From a virus, in IMG/VR virus record IMGVR_UViG_3300027736_000035, positions 1 through 64,000 of that record: a DNA stretch of 64,000 nucleotides; one strand, 5' to 3'. Each line of letters opens with the position of its first letter. Positions within the stretch are counted from its first letter, which is position 1. A program made the translations under genes and the position numbers. Positions 27,992 through 40,500 of the stretch are shown here, piece by piece. The notes below the pieces were generated by a model, which worked only from the letters and a program-made list of their open reading frames with translations, was not told the DNA's origin and did no database searches.

Positions 27992-28025
27992 TATAAACTA
28001 CGCAGTTTTTTGTGTCCATAAATAA
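27992..28025 (+). promoter_or_regulatory. Late promoter (TAAATAA) with conserved upstream element
   Basis: TATAAACTACGCAGTTTTT-8 nt-TAAATAA upstream of gp6. Confidence 0.65.
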
Positions 28026-28052
28026 ACGATAAGGCACAAAAGGTCAAAATCA

Positions 28053-31000
28053 ATGGCAACAACCACTAGACAAACAGCAATATTCGGAGTTGAAGACTGG
28101 AAACAAATTTACCAGACTTACCGTGAAGCTGATTTTCAAAGCTACGACTTTGAAACTCTACGCAAAAGTTTTGTTGACTATCTACGCCTGTACTATCCTG
28201 AAACATTCAACGACTACATTGAAAGCAGTGAATTTATTGCTTTACTAGATGTAATGGCATTCATGGGACAAGCACTGGCATTCCGTACAGATCTCAACAC
28301 AAGAGAAAACTATATGGACACAGCTGAGCGCAGAGACTCAGTGGTTCAACTGGCAAATTTGGTCAGCTACACAGCCAAACGCAACACAGAATCACAGGGT
28401 CTACTCAAAGTGTTTTCAGTTGTGACCACAGAAAATGTCACTGACTACAATGGTGTAAATCTCAGCAACGTCACAGTGGACTGGGCAGATCCTACCAATC
28501 CTGCCTGGCAAGAACAATTCACGGCCATCATCAATGCCAGCTTGGTAGATTCACAACGCATTGGTCGCCCAGGCAATCGTCAGACCATCTTGGGTGTGCG
28601 TACAGATGAATATGGCATTAACTTGGTTCCAGGTTACTTGCCAGTAATCCCGTACAATGCTACAGTAGATGGCATCTCCATGCCATTTGAAGCAATGTCC
28701 AGTACTTCAATGGGTGAAAATTATCTTTATGAACCCAGTCCTAGAGTAAATCAAACATTTAATATATTGTTCCGCAATGATCAACTGGGATTCAACAGCA
28801 ACAACACTGGATATTTTTTCATGTTCAAACAAGGTGTATTGCAGAATCAAGATTTTAATTTACCCGAGCGTATTGCCAACCGCACTGTGAATATCAACAT
28901 CGAAGGGGTCAATCAAGAAGACCGTTGGTTGTTCCAGCTTGACACAGTGGGCACAGTCAACAGAGAATGGCAATTCACAGAAAATGTATACTCGGCAGCA
29001 GCTGAACAAATTGGTACCAGTCTACGCCCTATATTTTCTGTGACCAGCAGAGCAAATGATCAAATAACCCTGGTGTTTGGAGACGGAGTGTTCAGCGAAA
29101 TCCCAGTGGGAACTTTTCGTTGCTATGTTCGTGCATCCAATGGATTACAATACATCATCAATCCTGAAGAAATGCAAGCAGTCAGCCTGCCCATCAGTTA
29201 CATCAGTCGCACCGGGAATCTTGAAACCATAACATTCACATGTGGTATTACACAACCTGTGAGCAACAGTCAAACCCGCGAATCAATTGCAGAAATCAAA
29301 CAACGTGCTCCAGCACAATATTACACACAAAACAGAATGGTCAATGGAGAAGACTACAATCTATTTCCATACACTCAGTACAACTCTATTCTCAAAAGCA
29401 AAGCCCTAAACCGTGCCAGCATTGGAACCAGTCGTTATCTTGACCTAGTGGACAACACTGGCAAATACAGCAGCACCAACACATTTGGCAGCGACGGCGG
29501 CCTGTGGGAACAGAACATATTGCCTACAATATTGTTTACCTGGAATACCAGGAATGAAATTGCAGATGTCATAACAAATCAAGTTCAGCCGCAATTGCTT
29601 GCGCCTATTGTGAAACAATTTTACTATGCAAATTTTCCAAGACAGTCAGTCAACACTGGTGCCACAGCAGCAAGCACCTGGCAACAAAGCACTACACTGG
29701 CCAACCAGACCACAGGCTTCTTTCGCAATAGCACTGTGACCAGCGCCTGGCCCAGCGGCACTCCTATACCAGTGGGCAACGTTGTAGGCATTACCAATCC
29801 TTTTTACTTTGTCACACCGGGTGCGTTGATCAAATTTGTTTCGCCCACTGGATACTACTTTGACCGCAACAATCGACTGGTGCAAGGATCTCCTTCGCGG
29901 TCGGATGAAAAACTAGAAATCTGGGCCAGTCCACTACAAGTGATTGGTGACGGGTACAGTGGTGGTCTGGGCAATTTGCCGTCAGGCGCAGGCCCTGTAT
30001 CATTGAACAACTTTGTTCCCACAGGTGCTATTGTTGACACAATTATTCCGTTGTTTGTGACTGATTTGCCGCTGGATCTAGAAGCGGCCATCAGCGAGCA
30101 AATTGTTTTGTATCGAAATTTTGGACTGGGCTACGACAATGACGGCTCAGTAACAGGAACACCATATGCCTGGTACTTGATTACCAGCACCAATTTGGAC
30201 CAAAATTCTGCATGGAGCCAGACTGTTCCAGGTATTGCCGGCAACAAAGACGGAGTGAACTCAGACGCCAGTTGGCTAATACAATTTGTCACAGTGAATC
30301 AAAGCTACACTATCACATTCCGTGGGCTGCAATACAATTTTGGATCTGTGCTGCAAACAAGATTTTTCTTCTATGAAGGACAGCAAATTTACGACAGCCG
30401 CACAGGCACGGTGATCAAAGACTACATCAACATGCTGGCAGTCAACACTCAGCCAGATTCTACTGATCATTTGCCCGGCGACGTTCCTGTCACCATCATT
30501 GGACAACCTGTGGAAAGTGACGGGTATGTTGATGATTTCCAAGTGTTGGTCAGCTACAGAGATGCCGACAGTGACGGCATTCCAGACAATCCAGATTTTT
30601 TTACAGAAATTGTAGCACCCACGGTCAACGCCAACCAGAAATTTGTATTCCTACAACAAACTGTGGACTTTGATAATTTACAACGTTATCTATTGGTAGA
30701 ACAAGGTCGTGTGAATTCTGACTATGCAACCATAGACGACATTGAATTGGTCAAGAGCGAATGGAGTCCGGGCCAAGTATTTTATGCATACGATCAAGCG
30801 GCATTTTATGAACTCAGCGTATCAGTGACCGGAGTACGTACTTTAGTATCTGTTTCTGGATGGATAGCTCGAGTTGGTCGACAAAGTTTGTATTATCAAT
30901 ATCGACACAACTCCCCATTGACCAACAGAATAGATCCCGGAACTACCAACATCATTGATCTTTATGTGGTACCACAGTCCTACTATACTGCCTATCAGAA

Positions 31001-31520
31001 TTGGATTAGAGACACCACAGGTACTGTACCCAAACCAAATGTTCCTACTATCGATGAACTCAACACTGCATACCAAGGATTGCAAAACTACAAAATGATC
31101 AGCGACAATATTATTTTAAATCCTGTGACTTTCAAGCCATTATTTGGCATGAAAGCAGCGTCTGAATTACGTGCCACTATCAAAGTGATACGTGCAGCCA
31201 ACTCCACAGCCAGTGTCAGCGAAATCAAAAGTTCTGTGGTGGCAGAAACAAACAACTATTTTAGCATTGACAAATGGAATTTTGGAGATACTTTTTACTT
31301 CTCTGAATTGGCAGCATATTTGCATCGCGTGCTAGGAACTATCATCAGTTCAGTGGTGTTGGTGCCATTGAACTCACAAAAATACTTTGGTGACTTGTAT
31401 GAAGTAAGATCAGCACCAAATGAATTATTTGTTAATGCAGCTACTATAGATAATATTGAAGTGATTGATGCACTCACCAGTACCAATCTACGTACAGCTC
31501 CAGGCAGTGGAGTAATTTAA
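28053..31520 (+). CDS. gp6: Baseplate wedge subunit (T4 gp6-like)
   Basis: DFETLRKSF...FNDY..SS...LLD...E.YMDTA.RRDSV..LA..VSY, FGDG, ESIAEIK.RAP..Y.TQNRMV..EDY motifs. Confidence 0.9.
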   Translation: MATTTRQTAIFGVEDWKQIYQTYREADFQSYDFETLRKSFVDYLRLYYPETFNDYIESSEFIALLDVMAFMGQALAFRTDLNTRENYMDTAERRDSVVQLANLVSYTAKRNTESQGLLKVFSVVTTENVTDYNGVNLSNVTVDWADPTNPAWQEQFTAIINASLVDSQRIGRPGNRQTILGVRTDEYGINLVPGYLPVIPYNATVDGISMPFEAMSSTSMGENYLYEPSPRVNQTFNILFRNDQLGFNSNNTGYFFMFKQGVLQNQDFNLPERIANRTVNINIEGVNQEDRWLFQLDTVGTVNREWQFTENVYSAAAEQIGTSLRPIFSVTSRANDQITLVFGDGVFSEIPVGTFRCYVRASNGLQYIINPEEMQAVSLPISYISRTGNLETITFTCGITQPVSNSQTRESIAEIKQRAPAQYYTQNRMVNGEDYNLFPYTQYNSILKSKALNRASIGTSRYLDLVDNTGKYSSTNTFGSDGGLWEQNILPTILFTWNTRNEIADVITNQVQPQLLAPIVKQFYYANFPRQSVNTGATAASTWQQSTTLANQTTGFFRNSTVTSAWPSGTPIPVGNVVGITNPFYFVTPGALIKFVSPTGYYFDRNNRLVQGSPSRSDEKLEIWASPLQVIGDGYSGGLGNLPSGAGPVSLNNFVPTGAIVDTIIPLFVTDLPLDLEAAISEQIVLYRNFGLGYDNDGSVTGTPYAWYLITSTNLDQNSAWSQTVPGIAGNKDGVNSDASWLIQFVTVNQSYTITFRGLQYNFGSVLQTRFFFYEGQQIYDSRTGTVIKDYINMLAVNTQPDSTDHLPGDVPVTIIGQPVESDGYVDDFQVLVSYRDADSDGIPDNPDFFTEIVAPTVNANQKFVFLQQTVDFDNLQRYLLVEQGRVNSDYATIDDIELVKSEWSPGQVFYAYDQAAFYELSVSVTGVRTLVSVSGWIARVGRQSLYYQYRHNSPLTNRIDPGTTNIIDLYVVPQSYYTAYQNWIRDTTGTVPKPNVPTIDELNTAYQGLQNYKMISDNIILNPVTFKPLFGMKAASELRATIKVIRAANSTASVSEIKSSVVAETNNYFSIDKWNFGDTFYFSELAAYLHRVLGTIISSVVLVPLNSQKYFGDLYEVRSAPNELFVNAATIDNIEVIDALTSTNLRTAPGSGVI

Positions 31521-34500
31521 TGGCAACCGCACGATCAGTAGATTTTCTCCCACAAATATTTCAAACTGAGACCAACAAACAGTTTTTGGCTGCCACACTG
31601 GATCAACTCACACAGGAACCCAAATTTAAAAAAACACAAGGATTTATTGGACGTACTGTGGGTCCGGGTGTCAACCCCAACGACAAGTATGTGGTAGAAT
31701 CAACCGCAGTCAGAAGAGATTACCAACTGGAGCCCGGTGTGATCAGCCTGGTGCCTGACACCAACACCATTAAAAATGCCATCACTTATCCGGGAATCAA
31801 TGATGCTGTGTCATTCAGTGGTGGAGATGGTGGTCGTCCAGATCGACTGTATCAAAGCGAATACTACAGCTGGGACCCGTTTGTAGATTTTGATTCATTT
31901 GTAAATTTCAGTCAATATTTTTGGTTACCAGCAGGCCCAGACGCAGTTGATGTGGCAGCATCTACCATTCCCACCAGCGACAATTTTTTTGTCACCCGAG
32001 AAAATGGAATTTATACATTCTCAGGAGTAGCAGGCACGGATCCTGTAATTGATCTAGTACGCGGCGGAAACTATACTTTTCAAATAGCGCAGAACAACAA
32101 AGAAACTGCAAATTATCGTGTGACTAATTCAGGGATTTCTGCTTATCTATTAGATGGATTACGAAATCCAACTCTCACACTGGCACGTGGCAACACTTAT
32201 GTGTTTAATCTGGTTCTCAACGGCGACTTTCCTTTCTGGATCAAAACTGCACCAGTCACCGGACTTGAAGATGTGTACAGCACTGGCGTCACAAGAAACG
32301 GTGCTCGTACTGGCCTGGTTACATTTACTGTGCCCCAAGACGCCCCGGATATTTTATATTACGCCAGCCAAACTCAGCTCAATATGCAAGGCACATTGAA
32401 TATTGTCAATGGTACCCAAGGAACTGGTCCAGGATTTTGGATACAAGCATTTCCGGGAGTAAGTGGAAAAGATCCAAGCCAACCAAATATCAGTTCGAGA
32501 GATGTACTGGGCGTATCTAACAATGGTACTGATCTTGGCACAGTGACATTTAATGTTCCTCAAAAAACTGCACAAAGTTTTTATTATTCATTAACACCAT
32601 TTGGTGTAAATTCCAGCGGCGCATTGATTACTCCGGTTGATATAATATGCGATCTTTCATTCAATCAAGTTAACAATCAACTGGTGGACGTGTTCCTGGC
32701 CACATATGGCGGCATAGATGGTACAAAAAATCTCAATGGTCGAACTCTGGTATTCACACAATCGTTAACTGATGCTGAAGCAAGTCTGTGGCAAATCAAA
32801 TATGTGACCATAGATCTACTGACCTACATCAGTCTATCCAAGCTGGCTGATATTCCGGTACTGAATAAATTCAAAGCAAGATACGGAATCAACTACAGCA
32901 ACACCGAATGGTACAAAAAAGCCAACGGAATATTCGAAAGAATTCCTTTGTTGACCGCTGCACAGGATACATTGTATTACCAGGATGGTACAGATCCAGA
33001 AATTTTTGGCCGCATAAGATTGATAGAACAAACTGCTGATACCACGCTGTATATTGATGCTATATTAGGTAAAAAATCTTATACCAGTGCCAATGGTGTG
33101 GTATTCAGCAATGGACTCAAAGTAAAATTTGTTGGCGATGTGTTTCCAACATCGTATGCATCAGGAACACTTGATCTGACCATCACTGCTGCACAATCAG
33201 GCAGTAACTATCTAACTACTGAATCTACTGCAAATTTATATGTTGGTGAAAAAATCATATTCATTGACAGCATTGGCGGAGTATCGCCGGGAACATATTA
33301 TGTTCAAAGTTTAGCAGCCAACGGAACTCAATTCAGTATTAGCCTACAAAAAGGCGGCGGCGCATATCCATTGCAAGTAGGATCAGCCAATGCTCGTGCC
33401 ATCGCAGTCAGCGATTTAGAATACTATGTGAGCGGTGTAGGAACTGCCATTGAATTATTGCCAGTTGAAATTTTTTCTACTCCCGAATTGTACGTGGTTG
33501 ATGCCAACGACAGCACCATCTATGTAGAACCTGGCCAAACTGATTATCTCACCATCAATCGCGCCAGTCGAGACCGCAATGCTTGGAGTCGAAGCAATCG
33601 CTGGTTTCACTCTGATGTTATCAATGCCACAGCAAAGTACAATAACACCACGGCAGTTTTTGACAACAATTATCGAGCCAAGCGTCCAATCATACAATTC
33701 CGTCCCAACATCAGATTGTGGAACATGGGCACTGACGGTAAAAATCCAGTTGATATCATTGATTTTTCACAGACTGATGCTTTTAGTAATGTGGAAGGAT
33801 CTACAGGATATTCAGTTGACGGATACACATTGATTGATGGTAGCCGTGTGATATTTGCTGCCGATCAAGATCAAAATGTCAAAGATAAAATTTATGTAGT
33901 GTCATTCATTGTTCCTGACACAGTAGCACCACTGATTGCACAACCTATAATTTCGTTGACACCGGCGCAAGATGGTGAAGTATTGGTTGATCAATGTACA
34001 GTGTGTTTGTATGGCACAACATCGCCGGGAGTAACATTTTGGTTTGATGGTACCACTTGGACTGAAGCACAGCAAAAAACTGCTGTGCAGCAGGCTCCGT
34101 TGTTCAATATCTACGACACCAATGGATACAGCTTTGGTGATCAGTCAAAATATCAAAGTTCTACGTTTGTGGGTAGCAAGTTGTTCAGCTATGCAGTAGG
34201 CGACACCAGCATAATTGACCCAATATTGCAATTTCCGTTGCAGTACCTCAATATCAATAATGTAGGCGACATTGTGTTTGTCAACAACTTGTACAAGGAT
34301 ACTTTTTTATACGTGGCAGATAATGCCAGTGTGACATTGGATATCAGTTCAGGATCAGTCAAAGAGTACACAACTCGTGCAAGCTATCGTCGATTGATAG
34401 GCTGGCAAACTGCTGCTACACCAAGTCAATGTTACCAACAATTTAAATTTACCTATACCGGAACCACACTCAAATTAGATGTCAAAGTTGACGATCCAGT

Positions 34501-37500
34501 CAACAATACTCCAGCAATCAAAATATATGTAGGATCGGTATTTCAAGCACCCAGCACATACAGTTATCTTACCACAGCAACTACCACAACAATCACGTTG
34601 AATAAAACACATGTACCTGGTGATATCATTGAGGTATTGGCACTAAGCAGTCAGACCAGTAGCGCAGCATTTTATCAAGTGCCCATAAATTTGCAGAACA
34701 ATCCATTGAATGGTAACAGTCCAGAGTTTACTCTTGGAACCATACGCACACACTATGAAAGTATTTGTGAAAATATTCTCACTGTTGTTGGGCCAGTTAA
34801 CGGTTCCAACAACACTAGAGATCTTGGTAATTTAGTTCCGTATGGATTGACCATCTTACAACAAAGTTCGCCATTGACATTGGCAGGATATTTTTTAAGA
34901 TCTCCTGACTATAATATTTTTGCATCATTGAGTTTTGCCGACAGAGAATACAACAAATACAAATATCAATTGTTAGATGCAGTAACAAATCAAACCATTG
35001 GATTTGACACAATTAGTCAAGTGTTAGACACAGCTATTCAAAGTATTACTTTGGGCCGAGTTGAATCACAACCGTTCTACTGGTCAGACATGTTGCCATC
35101 CGGAGCAGTATATACAACTACCACATATACCATTGGCTATACCAGTACCAGCAGTTTTGATACTGTACAAGTTTACAATTATCGATCAGCCAACTACTTG
35201 GGTATGAACGTGTATCTTGGAGAGGTATTATTGGTCAGAGATCGCGATTATGTTGTGGCCACAGACGGCCCTCGAATCACAGTGCTGATTGATCTGGCCG
35301 TTGGCAGCACATTGGTGTTACAAGAATACAGCGCCACATACGGCAGCTTTGCCCCTAATACTCCTACCAAGTTGGGATTGTACCCAGCGTTTGTGCCTCA
35401 AGTGATTACTCAGCGAACCAGCAATGGCAACGTACAGGTCACACAAGGGCATGACGGATCAATTACTCCGTTGTTCAACGACATACGAGATCAAGTGCTG
35501 TTAGAATTTGAAACTAGAATTTATAACAATCTCAAACTAGATGGAAATCCAGTTCCGTTAACAATCGACGATGTGTTGCCTGGACAATTCCGCAGTACAG
35601 GATTCAGCTATTCAGAAATTACTGAAATATTAAATCAAGATTTTTTAAGATATGTAGGAGCAAACAAACTTGATTACCGAACACAAGATTTTCGTGCCAC
35701 AAACGAATTCACCTGGAATTACAGTAGTACCAAGAACAAACTTGACAACAGTCAAAATCTATTGGGCGCCTGGCGCGGCATAAATCGATATTTTTATGAC
35801 ACCGAACAACCACAATACACTCCTTGGGAGATGTTGGGATTCAGTAAAAAACCATTATGGTGGGAAGATGCGTATGGCCCTGCTCCGTACACCGGCGATA
35901 ACTTGGTGTTGTGGGATGATCTAGCAGCTGGCTATGTGGCTGATCCAGTGGCACCGTATTTTCGCCCCAAATATGCACGTCCGGCCAGCACTGGCTCGAT
36001 CGCTGAACCCCAACGTGGCGGCATCTGGGGAGCAGGACCATACCCTTCGCTGTTCCCAATCATACCCACCGGAGACGAAGGACAATTACTCAGCCCGTTC
36101 AACAGTGTAATGGGCGTGTACAGCAATGCACAATTTCAGAAAAGTTGGGCACCCGGTGACGGAGGACCAGTAGAAGCTTCGTGGTGGAACAGCTCCAGTT
36201 ATCCATTTGCAGTGATGCATGTGCTGGCAGTTACCAAACCAGCTAAATTTTTTGCATTGTTTGCTGACCGTGACCTGTATCGTTACAATGAAGAATTTGG
36301 TCAATACTTGTTGAATGATCGTTATCGTTTGGATGCCAATGGCATTGAAGTTTACGGGAATGGTGTCAGCAAAGCCAGTTACATTGATTGGATAGTTGAT
36401 TATAATCGTCAATCTGGCATTAACTCTACCGACGAACTCACTGCGGATCTGGCCAATCTTGACGTGAGATTGTGTTACAGAATGGCCAGTTTTTCTGACA
36501 AACAATACATCAAATTATATACTGAAAAATCCAGCCCCAATTCTACCAATACCACATTGATGATTCCTGACGAAAGTTACAATCTATTACTTTACAAAAA
36601 TCAACCATTTGATCGCACTGATTATTCTGCAGTGGTTGTACAAAATGTTCCAGGTGGATATGCAGTGTTTGGCTACAGTACATCTTTGCCTTATTTCAAA
36701 GTGCTGGCCAGTAGATCCACCGGTCAGCTACGCACCATTTCATCTGGCGGTGCCACTGTACGGGTGCCTACTTTTTACACCAACACAGAGGTCCACGTAC
36801 CATATGGATTTATATTTGCCAATGAAACCAGTGTGTGCGATTTTTTACTCAGCTACGGCGAATTGTCAAAACAACAAGGTATAACATTTACCAATCGTGC
36901 CAATGGCTACGTATTGGATTGGAATCAAATGTGCCAGGAATTCTTGTACTGGAGCCAGCAAGGATGGGGGGAAAATGCTTTATTAAATTTGAATCCATTG
37001 GCCGCTAAACTCACAGTCACCCGGGATCAAGCAGTGGTGGACAGCATAGTTGTACAAGCAGCAGATAATGTGTTGCTGGATCAAAACAATAGAGAATTGC
37101 CCACTCGCAATCTCAATATCACACGTATTGACAATACATTTACTTGTGAACCATTGACCACACAAACGCTGAGTTTCATTGATCTAAAATACACCACCTA
37201 CGAACACATGATTGTGTTGAATAACCAAAGTGTATTTGGAGATTTAATTTATCAACCTATCACCGGTGCTCGCCAAAATCGTTTGATCTTGATAGCTTCT
37301 AACACAGCTGACTGGACTGGACAAATCAACACCCCAGGATTTATTCTCAATCTAAACAATGTAGAACAGTGGTCTGGCCTCAAAAGATACACCAAAGGTC
37401 AGATAGTAAAATACAAAAATGTGTATTGGAGCTCTCTAAATATTGTACAACCCAGCGAAAAATTCAATTTCAACGAATGGGTACAAAGCGATTACACACA

Positions 37501-40500
37501 GATTGAATTGGGACTGTTGCCTAACTTGGCAAACAAAGCCAATCAGTTGTCCAACAGTTACAATATCAACTCTGCCAATCTTGAACAAGACAATGACTTA
37601 CTGAGCTACGGCCTGATCGGATTCCGTCCACGCCAATACATGGCTGCATTGAATCTTGACGACGTCAGCCAACTCAATGTGTACAGACAGTTCCTTGGAT
37701 CCAAAGGCACAATCCTCAGTGCAGAATTATTCTCCAATGCCAACCTTGGCAAAGAAGCTGCTGATTACAGCATATATGAAAATTGGGCAGTGCTACGATC
37801 TGTCTATGGTGCCAATGCCAATCGCAGTTTTGTTGAATTAAGATTGGACCGTTCATATCTCAGCAGCAATCCTAGTCTAGTGCAAGTGGTGGTGCCGCAG
37901 CAAGTGAGTTCAGCAGATCAACAAATATTGCTCGGTGATGTGTGGAAACAAAGTTATAAATTAACTTCACCAGATTTTTTACCAACGACCACAATCACAC
38001 CCACTGACATAGCATTGCCCACGGCAGGATATGTAAATTTAAATGACGCTGATATCACGGTATTTGATATCAATGATTTGGCCAATATTGCTGCTAATCT
38101 TGATGCCATTGCAGTGGGAACATCAATCTGGATAGCAAAAATAAATGATTATGATTGGAATATATATCGTGCTCAATCAGTGCCCGGCGCTGTACAACAT
38201 GTATGCGACAATCTAGACGGAACCAGTCGGGTAATATTCAGTCAATCACATGGGTTGTCTGCTGGTGACACATTGATAATTAAATTCTTTGATACAGAAG
38301 TCAATGGAGTATATCAAGTATTGAGTGTGAGTAATTTAACCACAGTAAATATTGCATTTCAGTTTGTTCAGAAACGTACTGTGGCCAATGGACTTGGACT
38401 GGGATTCACCTTGCAGACCATGCGTGTGGCACAAGCGTCAGACGTGATCAATTTGCCATATGCAAATGATGTTGTACCTGGCGCTAAAGTTTGGGTAGAT
38501 AACAACGGTGATGATCTATGGGAAGTGATACAAAAACAACAAGTGTTTGTTGACTCATCACAAATTAGTCCGTTACTGCTGGATGCAGGTGAACAATTTG
38601 GAGTTGCTGTCGCACAGGCCACAGCAAGATTGGCTTTGTTTGTCGGTAGCCCAAGATACGGGTTTGGCGGCAGCGCCCAAAAAGGTGCAGTGTATGTTTA
38701 TGTTAAAAACTCACAAGATCAATATGCTCCAGTGAGTCCGATCATCAACGCAGATGGCATACTCACACTGGATCGGACCGGAGTGCGCGGCTACGGCAAT
38801 GCTGTGGATTTTGGCAATCAAACTTGGGCAGTGGCAGGGGCCAGCCAGAGCCTAGGGCCCAGCAGCGAAACCAACAATGGGTACGCTTCAGTGATCTATC
38901 GAGATCCAGCACTGGGTCAACCAGGTGTGAATCCGTTTATCAATTGGCAGTTGTTGACTCTACCAGGAACCACAACATCAACTACTCCGGGTGCAGGAGA
39001 GTTTGGATATTCTGTCACAATGAGTCTTGACGAACGTTGGATGTATATCAGTGCACCAGGCCTGAACACAGTGTATGCATACGGTCGTGTGGACTGGCAA
39101 GATCAGTTTGTAACCATACTTGGCACCGGAACAACCACTCAATACACCATTGCTGGCACAATACAAATAAACAACAGCAGTCAACTGAAAGTGTTAATAG
39201 ATGGACAACTGCAAACCACTGGTTATTCAATAGATGCAGCATTTGACAAAGTCACGTTCACCACAGCACCTGATTTGGGTGCCCTGATAAAATTTCAACG
39301 CATCAATACTCAACAACTGGATGCACAAACTTATTATGATGTGTCACAAACATCTACCAGTGGCAGCGGAACAGGTGCCAAGTTTACCATAACTCGTGTT
39401 CGCGGGGAAGTGGGACAGCCTGGCGCTAGTTTTGGTGGAGTAGGTGCTACTTCTGCCGGAACAGGTTACGCAGTAGGCAATACCATAACCATTGCCGGCG
39501 CCAGTTTTGGTGGCACAAACAATATTGTACTAACAATAACATCCATTGGCACAGGCGGCACACTTGGTGGTTTTAATATTGCATATACTCCTCCTACTTT
39601 GGCCACAGTATTTTCATTGAATGAATATTTCTTTACAGCCATCAATATCTATAGTTTTAGTATTGCAGTTGACGGTGTTCTTTATAGACCCAATATTGAC
39701 TATACGTTTGATACTGTCACACAAGATTTAACATTCACTGGCACTGGCCCAGCATCGGGTACTATAATTATTGCACGAGCACAAAGTTACTTTACCTATG
39801 TGAATTCTATCACTGCTAGTGGACTTGGCGCAAGTGATAGATTTGGACATTCAATTGCGTGTACCACAGATGGCCGACAAGTTGTAATTGGAACACCGTA
39901 CAGCACACAAAATAGCAATGCCGAAGCAGGCTCTGTATACGTGATTGATCGCAATGTGCAACGATTTATCTACGGCAGCGACGGTTCAACTGTGACATTT
40001 ACCTTGCTGGGAACTCCGGCAGCGCCAGTCAGTGTCATTGTGAACAATGTATTCTTGACCAATCAAACTGACAGCGTGATTGGTGCGCCAAATACTTTTT
40101 ACTGGAACGGTGCCAACACGGTCACAGTCAATGCTGATTTGCAATACGGTGATGTGGTTGAAATTGAAACCAACCAATTTGCTCAGATACAAAAAATCAC
40201 TCAGAACACAGTGGCTAATTTTTCAAACTTTGGACAAAGTGTAGACATCTGCAGTTACAATTGCAGTTTGTATGTGGGTGTACCTCAAAGCAGTGTGCAA
40301 ATTTACAAAGGCGGTGTGGTTGAACGCGATGTAAATCAAAGCCGTATATATGGTACTATCACATCAACTGTGGTCAATGCAGCATTGACCGCTGGCAATA
40401 CCGTGCGTGTGAACAACATGGATGTTGTGGTGCCTGCTGCATGGAATAGCCTAAGTGCATACTATAAAAATGATGTAGTTTACAATTTGTCAGGCAGCAC

